Assembly (NCBI GenBank): GCA_951406725.2
Contig: OX597832.1
Coordinates: 61,690,001-61,754,000, forward strand
Length of the DNA: 64,000 nt
Direction of reading: 5' to 3'
Origin: Octopus vulgaris
Lineage: Eukaryota
Below are positions 44,541-61,016 of this stretch, in pieces. The notes below the pieces were generated by a model. That model was not told the DNA's origin. It made no database searches and saw only the letters and a list, made by a program, of their open reading frames with translations. A program made the translations under genes and the position numbers. How positions within the stretch are numbered: position 1 is the first letter of the stretch; every line of letters begins with the position of its first letter.

Positions 44541-45744
44541 TATATTTTTACTAGTGCGTCGGTTTTATATTACAGTAACAACATGTGTCGACTTTCTTTC
44601 GTTGCCAGCCGAGTCCGGTTACGTTCTTAGAATTGTGAAACGGCCTTTTATTAGACGATTTTAGAGCTATTAGTTTCGGATTCCATAATCGATTTGAAAC
44701 CCTGACAATGTTATCTACTAAGAAAGGTACCTAAGAAGGGCCGAATAGAACATCGTTTGAAACAAACACCTACCAGCAGAGCAAGGGACACTATTTCTAG
44801 TATATTAGTGTATGATAAACTTGAACGAAGGCGTGTAGTATCGAAGTTAGTGGGATTTGGATCTCACGACTATAATATCGTGGTTTCGATTCCTTGATGG
44901 GACAGCAAGTTGTGTTCTTGAGAAGGACAATTTATTTCAGGTTCTTCCGATCTACTCTGTAGAAAATGTCACAATTTTGATGTTTGGTTGGTGTAACAGT
45001 AGGAGAAGAACAGAAAGGATGTCAAAGCCATCTTGTTATTTCACAGTTACACACACACAAAAATAAGTGAAAGCGTCGTACAAAGTAACACGTTATACTC
45101 GCTTGTGAGTGACGGGTAGTCTTTTTAGCAATCTCATCAATTGAAAACATGGTGAAGGTTCGATTAATTTTTAGGGTTTGCTTACTCCTTACCACGTTAT
45201 CAACAACTGAACAGATGTGTCACCTTTACGAATCGCAGAAGGCAGTATATCTGAACACTTGTCATACGGAAGCAGAACATATAAAAGACCTCTTGGCTGG
45301 AATCTCTAGTAATTCTGCCATTTCCCTAACCTTAGAATGGCACATTGTTATCAAACCCTACTGAAGTTAACCTCAATAGAGATGCATCAACGCACTGGAG
45401 CTAGCTCTCTACCGTCTTTGCCAATTCGAACAAACTTATATCTTCACATAGCAATATTCCTGTAATTCTGGAAAATGAAAGAAACTTAGTCTGTATGGAA
45501 TGGTGTGGTTTGGCAAACGAGTTGTTAGCTGTGCCAGTTCCCTTCCTCAATGCAATGTGATCAAATCCTCCGGGCGATATGTTTTCTTTTTTTTTTCCAC
45601 TTTATGTCGTTCCTCATCTGGGGTAGAACAATTATGGGAAAGAAAATATATTGGCGTCGATTCAATCATTTAACATTTGCTTCCTGAATTCATTTGTGGA
45701 CTTTTGCCAGTGGAATATAAAACCACCATCGTCATCATATTTGT

Positions 45745-46005
<261 letters not shown>

Positions 46006-46349
46006 CCTTTCTACTAAAGGCACAAGGCCGGAAACTTTTTGGGGCGGGGACTAGTCGATTACTTTGACGTATATGTATATATATATATACATATATATAT
46101 AGTTGGAACTATATATATAGTTGGAATTTAAAAAAAAAACAGACGGAAACAGGTGCATAAACAACAAAGAGGTGTGTTAGTTTAACGCTCAGGAAGGTGA
46201 AAAAGTATTTTAGGTTTCGAGCCTACGCTCTTCAACAGAAAGGGATACGAGAAAATAAACAGAGCGAAGTCCGAAATCTAGGAGGTAAAGACAGGATAAA
46301 ACTGCTGCAAATACATTCATATACATACATACATATATATATACATGCA

Positions 46350-46461
<112 letters not shown>

Positions 46462-47414
46462 AATAATGCTTCCAGTAGCATCTTTTCTTACTGACTGTTT
46501 TACATGATCTCTTTTGTGTGTTTTATCCTCCGCTGTACATATAGGTGTATCCAAAAGAGGACTATTGTGTTGTCTATAGATGTATGTCCCCCATTTTTTC
46601 GAGCCGATCTTGGTGTTACTTGAAAAGCCAACTCTTCACGCTTGTCGGTTACATGATCCCGCTCCTTAAATCCTCATGTTCTACAGACTTTCTTAACACA
46701 CACACACATTATATGCATATTACATATAGGTGTATAAATGTATTTTCTCATACCCGTAAATCGCACCCTGCCCCTGAACTGGCAATATACATACCTTCGC
46801 CTTTCCCTTACATGACATTAGTGGCCTGGGGAGGGAAGAGTGGTATGCATTGGTGAGTGCTGGTCTTGCACAAAACAACCTTGTCCCGGCTTCTCCCTGG
46901 AAGGCGAACTCTCTAACATTGGCATAACGTGATGATTTAGAGTGGTTGGACGGATTTAGATTCTAACTTCAGCATAGAGGCACAAAATCCTCTATGTCCT
47001 TCATTATAATTGTATTTCAGACTTCTATAAATCTCTAGATATGAATTTACCTAAAATAGGTCGATTTTGTATACTGGCCACTGATAAAAGTTTTAATGTT
47101 TTTCATCTTTTAATTATATTTGCATATATATGTGTGTGTGTGTGTATGTATGTATATATATATATATATATTTATATCTGTATATATATATATGTATATA
47201 TATATATATGCATACATATATGTGGTGGTTGAATAAAGTATGTGATTGGGTATTATCTGGTAATTGATATTTGATTTGGATGTATTTCTCCATTTTCTTA
47301 TTTTGCATATATATATATACACATTTATATTATTTTATATTATATAATTAAGTTATGTATAGCATACATTTAATATAATACAATAGAATATAACATATAT
47401 TTGTGTGTATGTAC

Positions 47415-48253
47415 ATTTTCTCTTTCCATGACAATATATTTCTGTATTTATATGTGTTTGCATCTGCTACCTCTATCAATCATATCAAATATGTTAGTTT
47501 TCTCATCATCAATCACGTTACAAGATTATTTATATAAATATACTCTCTTTACTCTTTACTCTTTTACTTGTTTCAGTCAGGTGACTGTGGCCATGCTGGA
47601 GCAACGCCTTTAGTCGATCAAATCAGCCCAAGACTTATTCTTTGTAAGCCTAGTACTTATTTTATCGGTCACTTTTTTGCCGAACCGCTAAGTTACGGGG
47701 ACGTAAACACACCAGCATCGGTTGTCAAGCGATGCTGGTAGGACAAGCACAGACACAAACACGCACATACATAAATATATACATATATACGACGGACTTC
47801 TTTCAGTTTCCGTCTACCAAATTCAATATATGTATGTATGTATTTATATGTATGTATATATGTAGTTGTGTGTTTATGCATGTCTGTATCTGTATGCTAC
47901 TTTTCACCTATGAAATGGCATTCCAAGATACATCCCAGGACAAGAACTATAATCTGCACTACATTCTTTGTGTAGAATTTTATTCTCAACGCTGTTCACC
48001 TTCCTATGTTCTACTCCAATTCCTCTATTTATTTATTATAATACCTCCCAGAGTTTCTATCAGAATGGATGATCCTGTCCCACTTTTTCTTTCTGACACA
48101 TTCTTACCGCTATTATTTTTTTTTTCTTACATATATTTTCTCTTTCCATGACAATATATTTCTGTATTTATATGTGTTTGCATCTGCTACCTCTATCAAT
48201 CATATCAAATATGTTAGTTTTCTCATCATCAATCACGTTACAAGATTATTTAT
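47415..48253 (+). repeat. Perfect 119-bp direct repeat (47415-47533 and 48135-48253) enclosing a SINE B fragment (minus, 47541-47823)
   Basis: The two copies are identical by eye at a 720-bp offset. Confidence 0.9.
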
Positions 48254-48302
48254 TGCTATTTTTTTGTTGCTTGTTTCATTAAAAAAAATATCATTAATAA
48301 AA

Positions 48303-48395
<93 letters not shown>

Positions 48396-48397
<2 letters not shown>

Positions 48398-48600
48398 GCG
48401 ATAAGCTTGCAGAATCGTTAGCATATTGGACAATATGTTTAGCGGTATTTCGCCTGTCGCTGCGTTCTGCCTTCGAATACCGCCAAGGTTGACTTTGCCT
48501 TTCATCCTCTCGGGGTCGATAAATTAAGTACCGGTGGTTCACTGGAGTCGATGTATTCTCCTCCCCAGAAATTTAAAGCCCTGTGCTTGCAGTAGAAAAA
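48396..48600 (+). mobile_element. SINE family A copy flanked on both sides by (ATT)n
   Basis: gcagaatcgttagc...gactttgcctttcatcctctcggggtcgataaattaagtacc. Confidence 0.85.
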
Positions 48601-48607
48601 ATATTAA

Positions 48608-48683
<76 letters not shown>

Positions 48684-49024
48684 GTGTCTACCGGGGGTTT
48701 GTACCGTTTGTCAAGTCATAACAAGGACCTCAGACAGACTGTTCTTTAGGCAATATACGTGCAGTTCCAAGTAATGCCTGCTTTTGCAATACATCTAGAT
48801 TATAGGGTATTTCTAAAGTTTTCAGATGTTTCTTCAGATTGGGGTGTGTGGAACCTAATGCTCCGATGACATTAGGGATAACCTTTATGTTTGACTCTCA
48901 TAGGTGCCACATCTTAGAGCTCTCAGTTCTCAGGTCTCCATATTTATCAACCCTTTCTCGTTCTTCCATGATGATATGCTGATCTCCTGGCACTGTCACG
49001 TCCATTATTAGGCACTCTTCTTTG
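48684..49024 (-). mobile_element. R4/Dong-clade non-LTR retrotransposon 3' fragment (restriction-like endonuclease C-terminus plus short 3' UTR)
   Basis: Minus translation KEECLIMDVTVPGDQHIIMEERERVDKYGDLRTESSKMWHL*ESNIKVIPNVIGALGSTHPNLKKHLKTLEIPYNLDVLQKQALLGTARIL matches the R4/Dong RLE pattern. The stop is at 48730-48732 and the 3' end runs into (TAA)n. The ORF track misses it. Confidence 0.85.
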
Positions 49025-49114
49025 TCACGGAGAAATTGAAACTCAGAATGTAAGATCGGAAGAAATAGCGCGTAGCTTTTTCTCTAGCGATTCTGCCAGC
49101 TTGCTGCCGCTTGA

Positions 49115-49285
<171 letters not shown>

Positions 49286-49290
49286 TAATA

Positions 49291-49510
49291 ATCCTTTCAA
49301 CTAAAGACACAATGCCGGAAATTTGATTGGAAGGGAAGGGGCCAAGTCGGTAACGTTGACCCCATTGCTCAACTGGTTTCTTTTTTATCGATCCCGAGAG
49401 GATGAAGGACAAAGTGAACCTCGGTGGAATTTGAACTTAGAACATAAAGCTGGAAGAAAAATAGCGAGCCATTTTGTCCGGCGTGCTAACACGACTGTCA
49501 GCTCGTCACT
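49291..49510 (-). mobile_element. SINE family A copy next to (AAT)n
   Basis: tttatcgatcccgagaggatgaaggacaaagtgaacctcggtggaatttgaact. Confidence 0.8.
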
Positions 49511-49719
49511 TTACCAATAATAAACAATATAACCATTTCTCACTCCTTGGAGGTCGGAAGATTCCTGAATCAGAATGAAAACTTTGGTCACTCAAAGATA
49601 TTGAAACTTCAACGATTTCTAAACCCCTCCTCTGCAAAATTGTTGACTTTTCTCATCTTTGTAGTAGCAATGGGAATGTAAGTGGTGTAATGCTTAGGAT
49701 AGTAGGCTGGTGTTCATAA

Positions 49720-49950
<231 letters not shown>

Positions 49951-50016
49951 ATCGGGAAGGAGTTGGACACAGGAAAGATTGTCAGATATAGAGTGATACC
50001 AAGAGACAGATAGAAC

Positions 50017-50054
<38 letters not shown>

Positions 50055-50746
50055 CAGGCCGACAGACGAACAGACAGACAGGCAAACAAAGGATGATAGA
50101 AAAAGAGAGTGGGAGCGAGACAGAGCGAGAGAAGAGATGGTGAATGCAATAGAGAATCGGAAGCAAGCTTGTGATACACAGATACAGCGACAGACGAATA
50201 GACAGGAAGAGAAAAAGTAAAAGAGCGACAGGCAGGGAGAGAGAGAGAAGGAGAGAGAGAGATGAAGATGATGATGATGATGATGATGTTGATGGTGTGT
50301 TACTGCTTAGTCATTGTTATATTTATGTAGGAATCCTACTTTTTTGTTATTTGTCATCGCACTCATCTTCTCCCCGCCATCCCTGACTACCACCCACGCT
50401 CACCTTGCTACCTGCTGCACACACATGCTTACGTGCTTTAATGCACCTGGATGGTGCAGCTATACGTTGGTCTAGAAGCGCTAGCATCAATTTTCACAAC
50501 TCGTATCACACACATATATGTATGTGTGTATATATATATACATATACACGCACACACCCATATATATGTATGCATACCTATATACATATATATGTATAAA
50601 CATATATGTATGTATGTGTATATATATGTATATACATACATACATATACATATATATATATATATATATAAACATATACGTATATATATGTGCATGTGAG
50701 CGTCTTTGTGTGTGTGAGTGTGTTTTTATGTGTATATATATATATG

Positions 50747-50806
<60 letters not shown>

Positions 50807-51338
50807 CATATACATGTGTGTGTGTGTGTGTTGGAAGCTTCATCGTTGGAATGTAGATAACAAAAACATATTTTTAACTTGAGAAAAGTCTTGCATATTT
50901 CTACTGTTCCACTTACAGACTGTATATATGTATGTATGCATGCATGTATATAATTATGTATGTATGTTATGCGTCCATGTATGCATTGCTTGCATGCATG
51001 TATGTGTGTATGTATGTATTTATGTATGTATGCATGCATGCATCTATGTATGTATGTATGTATGCATGCATGCATGTATGCATGTATGTTTGTATGTATG
51101 TATGTATACTTACCGAATTAATGCTAGTAGGACTTTCAAATACTTTCCTTGCTGTGAAATCGTCAGTGCCCAGTGCTATGCGTAAATGACAGTGGATTTG
51201 AAAAGAGCGTACGGTATGACTGAACGCACTAAAAATTAACTACTCTCGTCTTTCTCTGAGCGTCCTATTAATGATTTCTTCTGCTACATCCACACGTTTA
51301 TCTTTTTTTTCTTTGAATCTGTGTTACTTTTTACTTAG

Positions 51339-51387
<49 letters not shown>

Positions 51388-51410
51388 TGTGTGTGTGTGT
51401 GTGTATATAC

Positions 51411-51457
<47 letters not shown>

Positions 51458-51870
51458 CTAATTTAATATATAAATTGCTATAAATTGCTTTTTTCCATGC
51501 TGATTAGTTGATAATTATCATTAACGTAATTTTAATCCTTACTTTATATATTTATATATAAATGTTTGTAGGGAGAGTGGTGCCTGTATATGTTCGAATG
51601 TATACATTCAAATGCCTACATACATGACTGCGCGCGCGTGTCTGTGTGTGTGTGTGTGTTTGCGTGCCATCCGTTTCGTTTGCCACTGTGTATAAATATC
51701 GCCGAAGAGACGGATTAAGCAGCACTTCCAAACTAAAATGCCGTGACGGAGAGACTGCTTCAAAATGAAAATTGATACGTGACTGAGCGTTTAATCTATT
51801 CTTACAGACAATAGTAAGTATGCGTGTGCGCGCGTGTACATATATATATATATATATATATATTCATATA

Positions 51871-53000
51871 TTAGGCTGACCAGAAAGTTCTTAGCGTTTT
51901 TTTCTAGTGCAATAAATGTTAAGAAATTTTAAACATACTCTTATCTTTATTCGTCGAATTAATTCCCATTATTTTCTATGACCTTAATCCACCTACCGGG
52001 CAATTTAAATGTTCCATCGGCATAAAACCAAATTTCTTTTAAGGAAAAATGTCATCTAAGTGGGATCTGACATAATCTAAATCAATAAATGATTTTTCTT
52101 TTCAAGAGTTCAGCAGAGACAAAAACAAGTGGTGGTCAGATGACACAATGCCGAGGCGGGGTTGGGGATGATGCAACAGATCCCACCCAAGTTTGTGCAA
52201 CTGTGTGCAGGTATCGAAACATATACGGTCGGGCATTCTGTTGGAGGGCGCTGGCACCCATTTCCCTGATCTTTTTATTCAAATGTGCTAGCTGACGGCA
52301 GTACACATCAGAATTGATGATGTCATTTTGTGGGAATAACTCATAGTAATATAATGCTTTTGAAATCCCATTAGACACAAAGCATGACATGTTTTGAATG
52401 TATAAATATGCTGGTTTCAAGGATCTTCACTCAAACACCAGATTTTTTCACTATAATATCGTAAAAAATTCGTTTTTCGTCTCCAATTACAAGTTGTTTC
52501 AGAAAAGCTTATTTCTATTATTTCAGAAGAATATCACAGACAGAGTAACGTGTATGCACTCTTATTCTGACAGTTTGTGAGGCACCAAAACATAGCGAGA
52601 AACACCCAGTTTTTACTAAGTGCTCATTAATGGTACTTTTGGAAACTTTCATCTTCTCTGCAAGTTCTCTAGTCGTTATATTCGAGTTTTCTGCAATGGT
52701 CATCTTCAAAATATCATCACCTAAGACTGAGAGTCTTCCACAGCGATTTTCATCTTCCAAGTTGAACTCACCACGTCTAAATTTTGCAAACCATCTTCGA
52801 ACTTTTGAATCATCTACATCTACACTATCAACTCCACGAACAGTTTTACACGTTTCCGCAACATTTTCTCCATTTTTTGGAAAAGAAAAGCACGACGTGG
52901 AGAATATGCCACGTTTCCCTGATCGATTTCTAATGGCAATTAGTACTCAAAGGAATAACATATATATGCAGATTTTCAACGGGAAACTTAGCTGATAGGT
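51871..53000 (-). mobile_element. Degenerate mariner transposon (near full-length transposase pseudogene)
   Basis: Minus peptides VRRWFAKFRRGEFNLEDENRCGRLS, NITTRELAEKMKVSKSTINEHL, YYELFPQNDIINSDVYCRQL and QQNARPY. A TIR-like TTAGGCTGACCAGAAAGT follows TA at 51871. Confidence 0.85.
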
Positions 53001-53547
53001 TTCAATACCATAAGCCATTCTGGAATATAAATCATACTAGGATTAAGATTTTTGTATAGAGGGATTAAATACACAAATCCTGATATCACTCAGAAGTCAG
53101 AAATCACCAGCGGGTGGCGTCATTTGAAGGCTAAAACAATGCGATGCGCATTGTGACTAGCGATGTGTAGCAACATCTGATAGCCTGGTCGGTCACGGTG
53201 ATCACAGTGATATATATATATATATATATTTATATATGATAAATTAATATATGCTATGAAGTATATGTGTGCTTATCCATGCATAGATTTGCACACACGC
53301 AGAATGAGAAAATAATACAGACAGGTACATTTGCCACATGAGTATGTAAATTATACCTTATCTGTTGTGTGATACGATACCCCGTTATATTACTATATAT
53401 CGTATTTCATTATAGAATGTTAATATATGTAATGTTATATGAATCTATATGATAAAATAGTGCATGCTATAGGAAATATATCGTGAAATATTACACATTA
53501 CATAAAAATATGTGTGTGCGTTAATGTATGTGTATATATAAGTGTGT

Positions 53548-54359
<812 letters not shown>

Positions 54360-54411
54360 GCACACACACACATATGTATATATATATATATACACGCGCA
54401 CACACACACAC

Positions 54412-54453
<42 letters not shown>

Positions 54454-55055
54454 GTAATGGCGGACTGAGTCTAAAAATATTGGTTTCCAGGAGACTAAGG
54501 GTGCCCACCCGCAACTAGAATGGTGCCCACTCGTAACTACAATGCCATCATTTTATTTTTTTGTTTATTTGTTAAAAATATTCGTTTCAACTTTCTACAA
54601 ACATACCCAGGCTGAAATAATTAATGCATTCTTCCAGGAGTAAATAATAAATTATTTACATGGTTCCCGACTTACCATTGGGCAAGCCTGCAAAACTGGC
54701 CAGTCCACCACAGTATATAATTTAAGTGACCTCGTCCAAAGCGCACGCTAGTGTAGTGAATGTGGAAAGCTTTTGAGGTCCCAGTTAGGTTTGCAGACCT
54801 TCCGCCATACATTGAATATATGTATCTATCCATGGATACATAAATGGATGGAGGCATGGTTTGTGTTCGAAAGGGACCAGCCTTGTCACACTGTGTATCA
54901 TGCTGAATCTCACGCCGAGAACTACTTTAAGGGTACACGTGACTGTGGAGTGCTCAGCCATTTACACGTCAATTTCACGAGCAGTCTGTTCTGTTCATAA
55001 GATCAACTGCAATCCTCGACGTCATAACCGATGGGGTGCCTCGTATATTCGTACA

Positions 55056-55139
<84 letters not shown>

Positions 55140-55225
55140 AGTCTATCTATCTCCCTCCTTCTTTCTCTCTCTCTCTCTCTCTCTCTGTATATACATATGT
55201 ATATATTTACATATACACACATTTA

Positions 55226-55276
<51 letters not shown>

Positions 55277-55286
55277 GCATATATTT

Positions 55287-55325
<39 letters not shown>

Positions 55326-55379
55326 AAATGAGAAAATGGAGAAACATACCTAAATCAATCATCAACCATCAGATAATAC

Positions 55380-55419
<40 letters not shown>

Positions 55420-55622
55420 AAATGCATATAACTGTTTGAAACGTAAGAATGCTTTTTGATAACATTTATATATGTGTCACCATTTCTCTCCCTCTCACTC
55501 TCTCCTCCCACGCCCTCTCTCTCTCTCTCTCGCTCTCCCTCAAATAAATGAGTCCCAAGGCAAAATCGTCTCAGGAACATCCCGCTTTTATTCTAGGATT
55601 ACAAGTTCTAGTTTGAGAATAC

Positions 55623-57064
<1,442 letters not shown>

Positions 57065-57156
57065 TCAGAGATATTTTTAATTCTTCATGTTACTATATTA
57101 CTACGCATATTAATATCGCTGGCACGTTAGGACTATTCCATCCCTCTGTCTGTCTG

Positions 57157-57221
<65 letters not shown>

Positions 57222-57252
57222 CTATCTACATATGAATCTATACATATAAATT

Positions 57253-57291
<39 letters not shown>

Positions 57292-58004
57292 TTATATATA
57301 TACATATATCTATGTAAATACACACACACACATATATATATATATACATGCATATATGGGTATAGGACATAAGAAAAACCTCAACAAAATGAGAAGCGAC
57401 AACATAAAAAAAAACAAAAACATAGAAAATGAACTTTTTTTTAAGCAACGAAAGAAACAAATAGAGAAACGAGATAGGTAGCGTAAACAACATTCCCTTC
57501 ATCAGTTGACCCCTGTTTTATCTACTCCGCAATTTCGAAGGTAGGGACAAGATGCGACTTCGTTAAAACTATCCATCCCGCAAAGCAAATTAAATAAAAT
57601 TTGGGATGTTTTGCAGGGGGGGGTTAAAGTGGTAACAAAAACTGGACAGTAAGAACAAAAAAGCAAAATATATATATACAGGGTGGTCTAAAAGTAGGTT
57701 ATCATGTAGGTACTTTAAAATAGTTCTAGAACATTTTATTACATTTAGATTTCTATCTTACAAACTAAAAAGGGACCTTGACAAAATTGACTAAATTAAC
57801 ATAGAATAAGGGTTTCCTATTTTATTATAATTAAGCTCTAAACTCTTAATATATGTTGTTTAATGCGAAAGAAATAGTTCAATAACTGTAAACTCACTTT
57901 ATAAGTTTATATATATATATATGTATATATATAGGAAGAGTTTACGAAAAAAACAAAAGACGAAGACAGGTGGTGTACAAAACAAACAGATGTATTAGTA
58001 TTAG

Positions 58005-58055
<51 letters not shown>

Positions 58056-58065
58056 CAATATCTAT

Positions 58066-58106
<41 letters not shown>

Positions 58107-58107
58107 C

Positions 58108-58196
<89 letters not shown>

Positions 58197-58316
58197 TATA
58201 TGCATATATATATATGTTCATAGTCAATGTTTATGTCTGTACTGTAAATGTATCTAATATACCTAATCTATCTACTTATCTATCTTTCTACCCCTCTCTG
58301 TCTTTCTGTGTTCAGA

Positions 58317-58390
<74 letters not shown>

Positions 58391-58465
58391 CACACACCTG
58401 CACGCATGCAGATGTACAGGTACATACATACATACATACCTACATACATACATATTAAACAGGAG

Positions 58466-58846
58466 GGAAGGTGCAATGGTCCAGTGGTTAAGGCAGCGTA
58501 CTTGCGATCGTAGGATCACGATTTCGATTCCCAGACCGGGCGTTCTGTGTGATTATTGAGTGAAAACACCAAAGGCTCCACGAAGCTCCGGCAGTGGGCG
58601 GTGGGGAACGCTGCTGTACTCTTTCACTACAGCTTTCTGTCACTATTTCTCCCTGTTTCTGTTGTGTCTGTATTTCAAATGGAACACCTTGTCATACTCT
58701 GTGTCAGGCTGAATATCCCCGAGAACTACATTAAGGGTACACGTGTCTGTGGGGTTCTCAGCCACTTGCACGTTAATTTCAATAGCAGGCTGCTCCGTTG
58801 ATCGGATCAACTGGAACCCTCGTCGCCGTAACCGACGGAATGCCAC
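58466..58846 (+). mobile_element. SINE family C, full length
   Basis: tRNA-like head TGGTCCAGTGGTTAAGGCAGCG...TTCGATTCCC, body, and tail ctcgtcgccgtaaccgacggaatgccac. Multiple homologues occur in the window. Confidence 0.9.
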
Positions 58847-59051
58847 GATTAAATAGGAGGATACGTGGCTGAACATTTGAGTGTTTCGTTGATAGAAACC
58901 TTCGAGTCCTGGGTATTTTCCTTAATTTTCTCCTGCTTAACTTACCAAAATTCTGTGAGGGTGTAATCCCGTACGTCTGTGTGCGTATAAGAGCACGCGA
59001 ATGTGTGTGTTTTTGTGCGTGTGTTTGCACATACATATATATATGTATGTA

Positions 59052-59441
59052 TTACTCTTTTTTTACTCTTTTTACTTGTTTCAGTCATTTGACTGCGGCC
59101 ATGCTGGAGCACCGCCTTTAGTCGAGCAAATCGACCCCGGGACTTATTCTTTGTAAGCCCAGTACTTATTCTATCGGTCTCTTTTGCCGATCCGCTAAGT
59201 GACAGGGACGTAAACACACCAGCATTGGTTGTCAAGCAATGCTAGGGGAACAAACACAGACACACAAACATATTCACACACACTTATATATATATATACA
59301 TATATACGACAGGCTTCTTTCAGTTTCCGTCTACCAAATCCACTCACAAGCCTTGGTCGGCCAGGGGCTATAGCAGAAGACACTTGCCCAAGATGCCACG
59401 CAGTGGGACTGAACCCGGAACCATGTGGTTGGTTAGCAAGC
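59052..59441 (-). mobile_element. SINE family B, near full length, young copy
   Basis: High similarity to 26092-26503 and 47541-47823. Confidence 0.9.
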
Positions 59442-59466
59442 ACCTATATATATAGGCCTATGTATA

Positions 59467-59556
<90 letters not shown>

Positions 59557-59658
59557 ATCAATATAGGGTGGCAAAAAAAATTTTGTAGAATTCTTTTGCC
59601 ACCAGCGGCCTAGTAGGAAAAAATTAAATAGTCATAGACCATTTTTAAGTTCAACATC

Positions 59659-59899
59659 AACAATCAAGGAACGGCCATAATAGGCCATTCACCCACTAGA
59701 AATAACACAAAGCTTCAACCGCAAATAAAAGTTAATTCCGTAAACCAGGAGAAAATTTAAAAAATTTAAAAAACATTTACCCTGTAATTACAGGGTAAAG
59801 GTTTTTAAATTTTCTCCTGGTTTACGGAATTTTTTATTTGCGTTGAAGCTTTGCTGTTATTTCTAGTGGGTGAATGCTATTATGGCCGTTCCTTGATTG

Positions 59900-59901
<2 letters not shown>
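59659..59901. repeat. About 240-bp imperfect palindrome centred on CCCTGTAATTACAGGG
   Basis: aacaatcaaggaacggccataat...tttaccctgtaa pairs with ttacagggtaaa...attatggccgttccttgattgtt. It sits between (TA)n tracts. Confidence 0.9.
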
Positions 59902-59958
<57 letters not shown>

Positions 59959-59996
59959 CCTCCGTCTTCCCTTCTTTGGATCTTTCCTTTTCTTAT

Positions 59997-60031
59997 GTCT
60001 CTGACGAAGAGCTCCGCTCGAAACGTTAGAC
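59997..60031 (+). ncRNA. Minimal type I hammerhead ribozyme motif within a (TA)n-flanked short repeat (59956-60135)
   Basis: GUCU-CUGACGA-A-GAGC[UCC]GCUC-GAAAC-GUU-AGAC. Stems I and II are perfect, stem III is a loopless palindrome, and the triplet is GUU. Confidence 0.75.
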
Positions 60032-60362
60032 CCTCCTTCTTTCCTTCTTTCCTGAGTGTCGTCCAATAATACTATACTTGTTCCACGTCCTCGCGTTGTT
60101 GTGTTTTCTCTTTGTGTTTTCATGTTTGGATTAACTATATATATATATATATCAACTTATAGGCATATGCATAGACACAGATAATGATAGAAATAGTTGG
60201 TGCACGGTTCGAACCGTTCTCTGATCCGAAGCGTCTGCTAATAATGTTTAATCCCATTTCAAACCTGATGGAGGTCAGCGTAACCCTAAATATTAAAATT
60301 TGTTGCTGTATGAGCATGTAAAATTTCCTCACACGCAGACATGCAAACATACTCATGCACGT

Positions 60363-60412
<50 letters not shown>

Positions 60413-60732
60413 GACAATCACATACACAATTTCTCACGCATAGCAACACAAAGAAACACGTGAAAGCACACACGTACACATTCACATACACATGCATGCA
60501 TATTAACATACATAAAGGCATATACTCACACCTATAATATATATAAAGGTACACACACGCACACACAGAAACAAATATAAGTATAGTACGTGAATTTTAT
60601 TCACATACATACGCATTTAAAAATATGTATTTATATACAAATCGCATAAAATGTATTCATGTATATAGAAGTAAATAAGTAACTGTATGTGTGTTTATAC
60701 ACATGCATATATATATATATATATAAGAAGGA

Positions 60733-61016
60733 GCACTCCGTCGGTTACGATCAACAGAACAGCTTACTCGTGAAATTAACGTACAAGTGGCTGAGCACTC
60801 CACAGACACGTGTACTCTCAGCGTAGTTCCCAGGAAGACTCAGCGTGACAAGGCTGATCCCTTTGAATAACAAGTACAACTCATGTTTGCTAGCTGAGTG
60901 GACTGGAGCAATGTGATATAAATTGTCTTGCTCAAGGACACAATGCGTCGCCGGGAATTGAACTCACAACCTTGCGATCGTGAGCCGAATGCCCTAACCA
61001 CTAAGCCACGGACCTT
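60733..61016 (-). mobile_element. SINE sharing the family C tail with a different tRNA head/body
   Basis: gcactccgtcggttacga tail. The minus-strand head is GTGGCTTAGTGGTTAGGGCATTCGG...GAGTTCAATTCCC. Confidence 0.8.

Noticed and set aside
45190-45490. Strong minus-strand acceptor (TTTCTTTCATTTTCCAG) with a downstream GTAAG
   Set aside because: All three frames close quickly and there is no other support.
54458-54808. Possible MITE with 8-bp ATGGCGGA/TCCGCCAT termini and an internal 22-bp tandem repeat
   Set aside because: The TIR is too short and no TSD is clear, so it cannot be supported without other copies.
57490-57570. Minus-strand CTGATGAAG and nearby CGAAATT in a (TA)n-flanked repeat
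   Set aside because: The elements are in the wrong order and the stems cannot be paired.
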